From: Auanema rhodensis
Taxonomy: Eukaryota > Animalia > Nematoda
Direction of reading: 5' to 3'
Assembly: GCA_964057225.1 (NCBI GenBank)
Contig: OZ059900.1
Span: forward strand, 19,716,001 to 19,780,000
DNA: 64,000 bases
Shown here: positions 1 to 12,991 of the stretch, piece after piece
Layout of the letters: each line of letters begins with the position of its first letter
How positions within the stretch are numbered: position 1 is the stretch's first letter
Notes under the pieces: generated by a model
What the model was told of the DNA's origin: nothing
What the model saw: the letters and a program-made list of their open reading frames with translations, nothing else
The model's database searches: none
Made by a program: the position numbers and the translations under genes

Positions 1-684
1 GCATGAGTTTGAACACATGAAATCGTAAGTCAAAACCTTGTTTACAGCGAAATTTCCAAAAACTGGTTTTCCAGCATAATAAAATATTTCTCATGGGAAA
101 TACTGTGTTTTTGTATTTTTCTAGTGTTCAGCATGTAAAATGCTTCATTTTAGTATGTAACACGCTGAAATTCGTTGCATTTGACGACTCATATGAACAA
201 AAATCGATTTAATCAATATTAGCCATAAGGGGCGTGCCCTCAGAATATGCTAATTCCCTTAATTTTCTAACCCCTGTTTTTTTGTCGTGAAAGTGGAACT
301 AGACGTTGTACAATCAATTTTGAGCTAGGTTTCATTGACATTGCATGAGTTTGAACACATGAAATCGTAAGTCAAAACCTTGTTTACAGCGAAATTTCCA
401 AAAACTGGTTTTCCAGCATAATAAAATATTTCTCATGGGAAATACTGTGTTTTTGTATTTTTCTAGTGTTCAGCATGTAAAATGCTTCATTTTAGTATGT
501 AACACGCTGAAATTCGTTGCATTTGACGACTCATATGAACAAAAATCGATTTAATCAATATTAGCCATAAGGGGCGTGCCCTCAGAATATGCTAATTCCC
601 TTAATTTTCTAACCCCTGTTTTTTTGTCGTGAAAGTGGAACTAGACGTTGTACAATCAATTTTGAGCTAGGTTTCATTGACATT

Positions 685-3600
685 GCATGAGTTTGAACAC
701 ATGAAATCGTAAGTCAAAACCTTGTTTACAGCGAAATTTCCAAAAACTGGTTTTCCAGCATATTAAAATATTTCTCATGGGAAATACTGTGTTTTTGTAT
801 TTTTCTAGTGTTCAGCATGTAAAATGCTTCATTTTAGTATGTAACACGCTGAAATTCGTTGCATTTGACGACTCATATGAACAAAAATCGATTTAATCAA
901 TATTAGCCATAAGGGGCGTGCCCTCAGAATATGCTAATTCCCTTAATTTTCTAACCCCTGTTTTTTTGTCGTGAAAGTGGGACTAGACGTTGTACGAACA
1001 ATTTTGAGCTAGGTTTCATTGACATTGCATGAGTTTGAACACATGAAATCGTAAGTCAAAACCTTGTTTACAGCGAAATTTCCAAAAACTGGTTTTCCAG
1101 CATAATAAAATATTTCTCATGGGAAATACTGTGTTTTTGTATTTTTCTAGTGTTCAGCATGTAAAATGCTTCATTTTAGTATGTAACACGCTGAAATTCG
1201 TTGCATTTGACGACTCATATGAACAAAAATCGATTTAATCAATATTAGCCATAAGGGGCGTGCCCTCAGAATATGCTAATTTCCTTAATTTTCTAACCCC
1301 TGTTTTTTTGTCGTGAAAGTGGAACTAGACGTTGTACGAACAATTTTGAGCTAGGTTTCATTGACATTGCATGAGTTTGAACACATGAAATCGTAAGTCA
1401 AAACCTTGTTTACAGCGAAATTTCCAAAAACTGGTTTTCCAGCATAATAAAATATTTCTCATGGGAAATACTGTGTTTTTGTATTTTTCTAGTGTTCAGC
1501 ATGTAAAATGCTTCATTTTAGTATGTAACACGCTGAAATTCGTTGCATTTGACGACTCATATGAACAAAAATCGATTTAATCAATATTAGCCATAAGGGG
1601 CGTGCCCTCAGAATATGCTAATTCCCTTAATTTTCTAACCCCTGTTTTTTTGTCGTGAAAGTGGAACTAGACGTTGTACGAACAATTTTGAGCTAGGTTT
1701 CATTGACATTGCATGAGTTTGAACACATGAAATCGTAAGTCAAAACCTTGTTTACAGCGAAATTTCCAAAAACTGGTTTTCCAGCATAATAAAATATTTT
1801 TCATGGGAAATACTGTGTTTTTGTATTTTTCTAGTGTTCAGCATGTAAAATACTTCATTTTAGTATGTAACACGCTGAAATTCGTTGCATTTGACGACTC
1901 ATATGAACAAAAATCGATTTAATCAATATTAGCCATAAGGGGCGTGCCCTCAGAATATGCTAATTTCCTTAATTTTCTAACCTCTGTTTTTTTGTCGTGA
2001 AAGTGGGACTAGACGTTGTACGAACAATTTTGAGCTAGGTTTCATTGACATTGCATGAGTTTGAACACATGAAATCGTAAGTCAAAACCTTGTTTACAGC
2101 GAAATTTCCAAAAACTGGTTTTCCAGCATAATAAAATATTTCTCATGGGAAATACTGTGTTTTTGTATTTTTCTAGTGTTCAGCATGTGAAATGCTTCAT
2201 TTTAGTATGTAACACGCTGAAATTCGTTGCATTTGACGACTCATATGAACAAAAATCGATTTAATCAATATTAGCCATAAGGGGCGTGCCCTCAGAATAT
2301 GCTAATTCCCTTAATTTTCTAACCCCTGTTTTTTTGTCGTGAAAGTGGAACTAGACGTTGTACGAACAATTTTGAGCTAGGTTTCATTGACATTGCATGA
2401 GTTTGAACACATGAAATCGTAAGTCAAAACCTTGTTTACAGCGAAATTTCCAAAAACTGGTTTTCCAGCATAATAAAATATTTCTCATGGGAAATACTGT
2501 GTTTTTGTATTTTTCTAGTGTTCAGCATGTAAAATGCTTCATTTTAGTATGTAACACGCTGAAATTCGTTGCATTTGACGACTCATATGAACAAAAATCG
2601 ATTTAATCAATATTAGCCATAAGGGGCGTGCCCTCAGAATATGCTAATTTCCTTAATTTTCTAACCCCTGTTTTTTTGTCGTGAAAGTGGGACTAGACGT
2701 TGTACGAACAATTTTGAGCTAGGTTTCATTGACATTGCATGAGTTTGAACACATGAAATCGTAAGTCAAAACCTTGTTTACAGCGAAATTTCCAAAAACT
2801 GGTTTTCCAGCATAATAAAATATTTCTCATGGGAAATACTGTGTTTTTGTATTTTTCTAGTGTTCAGCATGTAAAATGCTTCATTTTAGTATGTAACACG
2901 CTGAAATTCGTTGCATTTGACGACTCATATGAACAAAAATCGATTTAATCAATATTAGCCATAAGGGGCGTGCCCTCAGAATATGCTAATTTCCTTAATT
3001 TTCTAACCCCTGTTTTTTTGTCGTGAAAGTGGAACTAGACGTTGTACGAACAATTTTGAGCTAGGTTTCATTGACATTGCATGAGTTTGAACACATGAAA
3101 TCGTAAGTCAAAACCTTGTTTACAGCGAAATTTCCAAAAACTGGTTTTCCAGCATAATAAAATATTTCTCATGGGAAATACTGTGTTTTTGTATTTTTCT
3201 AGTGTTCAGCATGTAAAATGCTTCATTTTAGTATGTAACACGCTGAAATTCGTTGCAATTGACGACTCATATGAACAAAAATCGATTTAATCAATATTAG
3301 CCATAAGGGGCGTGCCCTCAGAATATGCTAATTTCCTTAATTTTCTAACCGCTGTTTTTTGGCCGTGAAAGTGGGACTAGACGTTGTACAAACAATTTTG
3401 AGCTAGGTTTTATTGACATTGCATGAGTTTGAACACATGAAATCGTAAGTCAAAACCTTGTTTACAGCGAAATTTCCAAAAACTGGTTTTCCAGCATAAT
3501 AAAATATTTCTCATGGGAAATACTGTGTTTTTGTATTTTTCTAGTGTTCAGCATGTAAAATGCTTCATTTTAGTATGTAACACGCTGAAATTCGTTGCAT

Positions 3601-6600
3601 TTGACGACTCATATGAACAAAAATCGATTTAATCAATATTAGCCATAAGGGGCGTGCCCTCAGAATATGCTAATTTCCTTAATTTTCTAACCCCTGTTTT
3701 TTTCACGTGAAAGTGGGACTAGACGTTGTACGAACAATTTTGAGCTAGGTTTCATTGACATTGCATGAGTTTGAACACATGAAATCGTAAGTCAAAACCT
3801 TGTTTACAGCGAAATTTCCAAAAACTGGTTTTCCAGCATAATAAAATATTTCTCATGGGAAATACTGTGTTTTTGTATTTTTCTAGTGTTCAGCATGTAA
3901 AATGCTTCATTTTAGTATGTAACACGCTGAAATTCGTTGCATTTGACGACTCATATGAACAAAAATCGATTTAATCAATATTAGCCATAAGGGGCGTGCC
4001 CTCAGAATATGCTAATTCCCTTAATTTTCTAACCCCTGTTTTTTTGTTGTGAAAGTGGGACTAGACGTTGTACGAACAATTTTGAGCTAGGTTTCATTGA
4101 CATTGCATGAGTTTGAACACATGAAATCGTAAGTCAAAACCTTGTTTACAGCGAAATTTCCAAAAACTGGTTTTCCAGCATAATAAAATATTTCTCATGG
4201 GAAATACTGTGTTTTTGTATTTTTCTAGTGTTCAGCATGTAAAATGCTTCATTTTAGTATGTAACACGCTGAAATTCGTTGCATTTGACGACTCATATGA
4301 ACAAAAATCGATTTAATCAATATTAGCCATAAGGGGCGTGCCCTCAGAATATGCTAATTTCCTTAATTTTCTAACCCCTGTTTTTTTGTCGGGAAAGTGG
4401 GACTAGACGTTGTACGAACAATTTTGAGCTAGGTTTCATTGACATTGCATGAGTTTGAACACATGAAATCGTAAGTCAAAACCTTGTTTACAGCGAAATT
4501 TCCAAAAACTGGTTTTCCAGCATAATAAAATATTTCTCATGGGAAATACTGTGTTTTTGTATTTTTCTAGTGTTCAGCATGTAAAATGCTTCATTTTAGT
4601 ATGTAACACGCTGAAATTCGTTGCATTTGACGACTCATATGAACAAAAATCGATTTAATCAATATTAGCCATAAGGGGCGTGCCCTCAGAATATGCTAAT
4701 TTCCTTAATTTTCTAACCCCTGTTTTTTGGCCGTGAAAGTGGGACTAGACGTTGTACAAACAATTTTGAGCTAGGTTTTATTGACATTGCATGAGTTTGA
4801 ACACATGAAATCGTAAGTCAAAACCTTGTTTACAGCGAAATTTCCAAAAACTGGTTTTCCAGCATAATAAAATATTTCTCATGGGAAATACTGTGTTTTT
4901 GTATTTTTCTAGTGTTCAGCATGTAAAATGCTTCATTTTAGTATGTAACACGCTGAAATTCGTTGCAATTGACGACTCATATGAACAAAAATCGATTTAA
5001 TCAATATTAGCCATAAGGGGCGTGCCCTCAGAATATGCTAATTCCCTTAATTTTCTAACCCCTGTTTTTTTGTCGTGAAAGTGGGACTAGACGTTGTACG
5101 AACAATTTTGAGCTAGGTTTCATTGACATTGCATGAGTTTGAACACATGAAATCGTAAGTCAAAACCTTGTTTACAGCGAAATTTCCAAAAACTGGTTTT
5201 CCAGCATAATAAAATATTTCTCATGGGAAATACTGTGTTTTTGTATTTTTCTAGTGTTCAGCATGTAAAATGCTTCATTTTAGTATGTAACACGCTGAAA
5301 TTCGTTGCATTTGACGACTCATATGAACAAAAATCGATTTAATCAATATTAGCCATAAGGGGCGTGCCCTCAGAATATGCTAATTTCCTTAATTTTCTAA
5401 CCCCTGTTTTTTTGTCGTGAAAGTGGAACTAGACGTTGTACGAACAATTTTGAGCTAGGTTTCATTGACATTGCATGAGTTTGAACACATGAAATCGTAA
5501 GTCAAAACCTTGTTTACAGCGAAATTTCCAAAAACTGGTTTTCCAGCATAATAAAATATTTCTCATGGGAAATACTGTGTTTTTGTATTTTTCTAGTGTT
5601 CAGCATGTAAAATGCTTCATTTTAGTATGTAACACGCTGAAATTCGTTGCATTTGACGACTCATATGAACAAAAATCGATTTAATCAATATTAGCCATAA
5701 GGGGCGTGCCCTCAGAATATGCTAATTCCCTTAATTTTCTAACCCCTGTTTTTTTGTCGTGAAAGTGGAACTAGACGTTGTACGAACAATTTTGAGCTAG
5801 GTTTCATTGACATTGCATGAGTTTGAACACATGAAATCGTAAGTCAAAACCTTGTTTACAGCGAAATTTCCAAAAACTGGTTTTCCAGCATAATAAAATA
5901 TTTTTCATGGGAAATACTGTGTTTTTGTATTTTTCTAGTGTTCAGCATGTAAAATACTTCATTTTAGTATGTAACACGCTGAAATTCGTTGCATTTGACG
6001 ACTCATATGAACAAAAATCGATTTAATCAATATTAGCCATAAGGGGCGTGCCCTCAGAATATGCTAATTTCCTTAATTTTCTAACCTCTGTTTTTTTGTC
6101 GTGAAAGTGGGACTAGACGTTGTACGAACAATTTTGAGCTAGGTTTCATTGACATTGCATGAGTTTGAACACATGAAATCGTAAGTCAAAACCTTGTTTA
6201 CAGCGAAATTTCCAAAAACTGGTTTTCCAGCATAATAAAATATTTCTCATGGGAAATACTGTGTTTTTGTATTTTTCTAGTGTTCAGCATGTGAAATGCT
6301 TCATTTTAGTATGTAACACGCTGAAATTCGTTGCATTTGACGACTCATATGAACAAAAATCGATTTAATCAATATTAGCCATAAGGGGCGTGCCCTCAGA
6401 ATATGCTAATTCCCTTAATTTTCTAACCCCTGTTTTTTTGTCGTGAAAGTGGAACTAGACGTTGTACGAACAATTTTGAGCTAGGTTTCATTGACATTGC
6501 ATGAGTTTGAACACATGAAATCGTAAGTCAAAACCTTGTTTACAGCGAAATTTCCAAAAACTGGTTTTCCAGCATAATAAAATATTTCTCATGGGAAATA

Positions 6601-7866
6601 CTGTGTTTTTGTATTTTTCTAGTGTTCAGCATGTAAAATGCTTCATTTTAGTATGTAACACGCTGAAATTCGTTGCATTTGACGACTCATATGAACAAAA
6701 ATCGATTTAATCAATATTAGCCATAAGGGGCGTGCCCTCAGAATATGCTAATTTCCTTAATTTTCTAACCCCTGTTTTTTTGTCGTGAAAGTGGGACTAG
6801 ACGTTGTACGAACAATTTTGAGCTAGGTTTCATTGACATTGCATGAGTTTGAACACATGAAATCGTAAGTCAAAACCTTGTTTACAGCGAAATTTCCAAA
6901 AACTGGTTTTCCAGCATAATAAAATATTTCTCATGGGAAATACTGTGTTTTTGTATTTTTCTAGTGTTCAGCATGTAAAATGCTTCATTTTAGTATGTAA
7001 CACGCTGAAATTCGTTGCATTTGACGACTCATATGAACAAAAATCGATTTAATCAATATTAGCCATAAGGGGCGTGCCCTCAGAATATGCTAATTTCCTT
7101 AATTTTCTAACCCCTGTTTTTTTGTCGTGAAAGTGGAACTAGACGTTGTACGAACAATTTTGAGCTAGGTTTCATTGACATTGCATGAGTTTGAACACAT
7201 GAAATCGTAAGTCAAAACCTTGTTTACAGCGAAATTTCCAAAAACTGGTTTTCCAGCATAATAAAATATTTTTCATGGGAAATACTGTGTTTTTGTATTT
7301 TTCTAGTGTTCAGCATGTAAAATACTTCATTTTAGTATGTAACACGCTGAAATTCGTTGCATTTGACGACTCATATGAACAAAAATCGATTTAATCAATA
7401 TTAGCCATAAGGGGCGTGCCCTCAGAATATGCTAATTTCCTTAATTTTCTAACCTCTGTTTTTTTGTCGTGAAAGTGGGACTAGACGTTGTACGAACAAT
7501 TTTGAGCTAGGTTTCATTGACATTGCATGAGTTTGAACACATGAAATCGTAAGTCAAAACCTTGTTTACAGCGAAATTTCCAAAAACTGGTTTTCCAGCA
7601 TAATAAAATATTTCTCATGGGAAATACTGTGTTTTTGTATTTTTCTAGTGTTCAGCATGTGAAATGCTTCATTTTAGTATGTAACACGCTGAAATTCGTT
7701 GCATTTGACGACTCATATGAACAAAAATCGATTTAATCAATATTAGCCATAAGGGGCGTGCCCTCAGAATATGCTAATTCCCTTAATTTTCTAACCCCTG
7801 TTTTTTTGTCGTGAAAGTGGAACTAGACGTTGTACGAACAATTTTGAGCTAGGTTTCATTGACATT
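685..7866 (+). repeat. Local higher-order duplications: 12-mer (4104 bp) and 4-mer (1368 bp)
   Basis: A monomer carrying TTTTTCATGG + AATACTTC + AACCTCTG starts at 1711, 5815 and 7183. Each is followed by a CATGTGAAA monomer. Outer limits are approximate. Confidence 0.8.
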
Positions 7867-10800
7867 GCATGAGTTTGAACACATGAAATCGTAAGTCAAA
7901 ACCTTGTTTACAGCGAAATTTCCAAAAACTGGTTTTCCAGCATAATAAAATATTTCTCATGGGAAATACTGTGTTTTTGTATTTTTCTAGTGTGCAGCAT
8001 GTAAAATGCTTCATTTTAGTATGTAACACGCTGAAATTCGTTGCATTTGACGACTCATATGAACAAAAATCGATTTAATCAATATTAGCCATAAGGGGCG
8101 TGCCCTCAGAATATGCTAATTTCCTTAATTTTCTAACCCCTGTTTTTTGTCGTGAAAGTGGAACTAGACGTTGTACGAACAATTTTGAGCTAGGTTTCAT
8201 TGACATTGCATGAGTTTGAACACATGAAATCGTAAGTCAAAACCTAGTTTACAGCGAAATTTCCAAAAACTGGTTTTCCAGCATAATAAAATATTTCTCA
8301 TGGGAAATACTGTGTTTTTGTATTTTTCTAGTGTTCAGCATGTGAAATGCTTCATTTTAGTATGTAACACGCTGAAATTCGTTGCATTTGACGACTCATA
8401 TGAACAAAAATCGATTTAATCAATATTAGCCATAAGGGGCGTGCCCTCAGAATATGCTAATTTCCTTAATTTTCTAACCCCTGTTTTTTGTCGTGAAAGT
8501 GGAACTAGACGTTGTACAAACAATTTTGAGCTAGGTTTTATTGACATTGCATGAGTTTGAACACATGAAATCGTAAGTCAAAACCTTGTTTACAGCGAAA
8601 TTTCCAAAAACTGGTTTTCCAGCATAATAAAATATTTCTCATGGGAAATACTGTGTTTTTGTATTTTTCTAGTGTTCAGCATGTAAAATGCTTCATTTTA
8701 GTATGTAACACGCTGAAATTCGTTGCATTTGACGACTCATATGAACAAAAATCGATTTAATCAATATTAGCCATAAGGGGCGTGCCCTCAGAATATGCTA
8801 ATTTTCTTAATTTTCTAACCCCTGTTTTTTTGTCGTGAAAGTGGAACTAGACGTTGTACGAACAATTTTGAGCTAGGTTTCATTGACATTGCATGAGTTT
8901 GAACACATGAAATCGTAAGTCAAAACCTTGTTTACAGCGAAATTTCCAAAAACTGGTTTTCCAGCATAATAAAATATTTCTCATGGGAAATACTGTGTTT
9001 TTGTATTTTTCTAGTGTTCAGCATGTAAAATGCTTCATTTTAGTATGTAACACGCTGAAATTCGTTGCATTTGACTACTCATATGAACAAAAATCGATTT
9101 AATCAATATTAGCCATAAGGGGCGTGCCCTCAGAATATGCTAATTTCCTTAATTTTCTAACCCCTGTTTTTGTCGTGAAAGTGGAACTAGACGTTGTACG
9201 AACAATTTTGAGCTAGGTTTCATTGACATTGCATGAGTTTGAACACATGAAATCGTAAGTCAAAACCTAGTTTACAGCGAAATTTCCAAAAACTGGTTTT
9301 CCAGCATAATAAAATATTTCTCATGGGAAATACTGTGTTTTTGTATTTTTCTAGTGTTCAGCATGTAAAATGCTTCATTTTAGTATGTAACACGCTGAAA
9401 TTCGTTGCATTTGACGACTCATATGAACAAAAATCGATTTAATCAATATTAGCCATAAGGGGCGTGCCCTCAGAATATGCTAATTTCCTTAATTTTCTAA
9501 CCCCTGTTTTTTGTCGTGAAAGTGGAACTAGACGTTGTACGAACAATTTTGAGCTAGGTTTCATTGACATTGCATGAGTTTGAACACATGAAATCGTAAG
9601 TCAAAACCTAGTTTACAGCGAAATTTCCAAAAACTGGTTTTCCAGCATAATAAAATATTTCTCATGGGAAATACTGTGTTTTTGTATTTTTCTAGTGTTC
9701 AGCATGTGAAATGCTTCATTTTAGTATGTAACACGCTGAAATTCGTTGCATTTGACGACTCATATGAACAAAAATCGATTTAATCAATATTAGCCATAAG
9801 GGGCGTGCCCTCAGAATATGCTAATTTCCTTAATTTTCTAACCCCTGTTTTTTGTCGTGAAAGTGGAACTAGACGTTGTACAAACAATTTTGAGCTAGGT
9901 TTTATTGACATTGCATGAGTTTGAACACATGAAATCGTAAGTCAAAACCTTGTTTAGAGCGAAATTTCCAAAAACTGGTTTTCCAGCATAATAAAATATT
10001 TCTCATGGGAAATACTGTGTTTTTGTATTTTTCTAGTGTTCAGCATGTAAAATGCTTCATTTTAGTATGTAACACGCTGAAATTCGTTGCATTTGACGAC
10101 TCATATGAACAAAAATCGATTTAATCAATATTAGCCATAAGGGGCGTGCCCTCAGAATATGCTAATTTCCTTAATTTTCTAACCCCTGTTTTTTTGTCGT
10201 GAAAGTGGAACTAGACGTTGTACGAACAATTTTGAGCTAGGTTTCATTGACATTGCATGAGTTTGAACACATGAAATCGTAAGTCAAAACCTTGTTTACA
10301 GCGAAATTTCCAAAAACTGGTTTTCCAGCATAATAAAATATTTCTCATGGGAAATACTGTGTTTTTGTATTTTTCTAGTGTTCAGCATGTAAAATGCTTC
10401 ATTTTAGTATGTAACACGCTGAAATTCGTTGCATTTGACGACTCATATGAACAAAAATCGATTTAATCAATATTAGCCATAAGGGGCGTGCCCTCAGAAT
10501 ATGCTAATTTCCTTAATTTTCTAACCCCTGTTTTTTTGTCGTGAAAGTGGAACTAGACGTTGTACGAACAATTTTGAGCTAGGTTTCATTGACATTGCAT
10601 GAGTTTGAACACATGAAATCGTAAGTCAAAACCTTGTTTACAGCGAAATTTCCAAAAACTGGTTTTCCAGCATAATAAAATATTTCTCATGGGAAATACT
10701 GTGTTTTTGTATTTTTCTAGTGTTCAGCATGTAAAATGCTTCATTTTAGTATGTAACACGCTGAAATTCGTTGCATTTGACTACTCATATGAACAAAAAT

Positions 10801-12991
10801 CGATTTAATCAATATTAGCCATAAGGGGCGTGCCCTCAGAATATGCTAATTTCCTTAATTTTCTAACCCCTGTTTTTTTGTCGTGAAAGTGGAACTAGAC
10901 GTTGTACGAACAATTTTGAGCTAGGTTTCATTGACATTGCATGAGTTTGAACACATGAAATCGTAAGTCAAAACCTTGCTTACAGCGAAATTTCCAAAAA
11001 CTGGTTTTCCAGCATAATAAAATATTTCTCATGGGAAATACTGTGTTTTTGTATTTTTCTAGTGTTCAGCATGTAAAATGCTTCATTTTAGTATGTAACA
11101 CGCTGAAATTCGTTGCATTTGACGACTCATATGAACAAAAATCGATTTAATCAATATTAGCCATAAGGGGCGTGCCCTCAGAATATGCTAATTTCCTTAA
11201 TTTTCTAACCCCTGTTTTTTTGTCGTGAAAGTGGAACTAGACGTTGTACGAACAATTTTGAGCTAGGTTTCATTGACATTGCATGAGTTTGAACACATGA
11301 AATCGTAAGTCAAAACCTTGTTTACAGCGAAATTTCCAAAAACTGGTTTTCCAGCATAATAAAATATTTCTCATGGGAAATACTGTGTTTTTGTATTTTT
11401 CTAGTGTTCAGCATGTGAAATGCTTCATTTTAGTATGTAACACGCTGAAATTCGTTGCATTTGACGACTCATATGAACAAAAATCGATTTAATCAATATT
11501 AGCCATAAGGGGCGTGCCCTCAGAATATGCTAATTTCCTTAATTTTCTAACCCCTGTTTTTTGTCGTGAAAGTGGAACTAGACGTTGTACAAACAATTTT
11601 GAGCTAGGTTTTATTGACATTGCATGAGTTTGAACACATGAAATCGTAAGTCAAAACCTTGTTTAGAGCGAAATTACCAAAAACTGGTTTTCCAGCATAA
11701 TAAAATATTTCTCATGGGAAATACTGTGTTTTTGTATTTTTCTAGTGTTCAGCATGTAAAATGCTTCATTTTAGTATGTAACACGCTGAAATTCGTTGCA
11801 TTTGACGACTCATATGAACAAAAATCGATTTAATCAATATTAGCTATAAGGGGCGTGCCCTCAGAATATGCTAATTTCCTTAATTTTCGAACCCCTGTTT
11901 TTTTTGTCGTGAAAGTGGAACTAGACGTTGTACGAACAATTTTGAGCTAGGTGTCATTGACATTGCATGAGTTTGAACACATGAAATCGTAAGTCAAAAC
12001 CTTGTTTACAGCGAAATTTCCAAAAACTGGTTTTCCAGCATAATAAAATATTTCTCATGGGAAATACTGTGTTTTTGTATTTTTCTAGTGTTCAGCATGT
12101 AAAATGCTTCATTTTAGTATGTAACACGCTGAAATTCGTTGCATTTGACGACTCATATGAACAAAAATCGATTTAATCAATATTAGCCATAAGGGGCGTG
12201 CCCTCAGAATATGCTAATTTCCTTAATTTTCTAACCCCTGTTTTTTTGTCGTGAAAGTGGAACTAGACGTTGTACGAACAATTTTGAGCTAGGTTTCATT
12301 GACATTGCATGAGTTTGAACACATGAAATCGTAAGTCAAAACCTTGCTTACAGCGAAATTTCCAAAAACTGGTTTTCCAGCATAATTAAATATTTCTCAT
12401 GGGAAATACTGTGTTTTTGTATTTTTCTAGTGTTCAGCATGTAAAATGTTTCATTTTAGTATGTAACACGCTGAAATTCGTTGCATTTGACGACTCATAT
12501 GAACAAAAATCGATTTAATCAATATTAGCCATAAGGGGCGTGCCCTCAGAATATGCTAATTTCCTTAATTTTCTAACCCCTGTTTTTTTGTCGTGAAAGT
12601 GGAACTAGACGTTGTACGAACAATTTTGAGCTAGGTTTCATTGACATTGCATGAGGTTGAACACATGAAATCGTAAGTCAAAACCTTGTTTACAGCGAAA
12701 TTTCCAAAAACTGGTTTTCCAGCATAATAAAATATTTCTCATGGGAAATACTGTGTTTTTGTATTTTTCTAGTGTTCAGCATGTAAAATGCTTCATTTTA
12801 GTATGTAACACGCTGAAATTCGTTGCATTTGACGACTCATATGAACAAAAATCGATTTAATCAATATTAGCCATAAGGGGCGTGCCCTCAGAATATGCTA
12901 ATTTCCTTAATTTTCTAACCCCTGTTTTTTTTGTCGTGAAAGTGGAACTAGACGTTGTACGAACAATTTTGAGCTAGGTTTCATTGACATT

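Noticed and set aside
276-284. T5/T6/T7/T8 length variation in the CCCCTG(T)nGTCG tract as a meaningful signal
   Set aside because: This is ordinary homopolymer slippage and possibly sequencing error. It is useful only as a secondary marker where it co-duplicates with SNPs.
1-342. Primate alpha-satellite dimer (2 x 171 bp)
   Set aside because: Only the length matches. I see no alpha-satellite sequence similarity, no canonical CENP-B box, and no clear 171-bp half-to-half identity.
1-342. Tandem 5S rRNA, tRNA, snRNA or spliced-leader gene array
   Set aside because: I see no recognisable 5S or tRNA sequence, Pol III A/B/C boxes or cloverleaf. The T7 tract alone is insufficient. An Rfam/Infernal search would settle it.
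330-342. TTGACA sigma70 -35-like motif in every monomer
   Set aside because: This is a chance hexamer in AT-rich satellite, with no properly spaced -10 box and no downstream gene.
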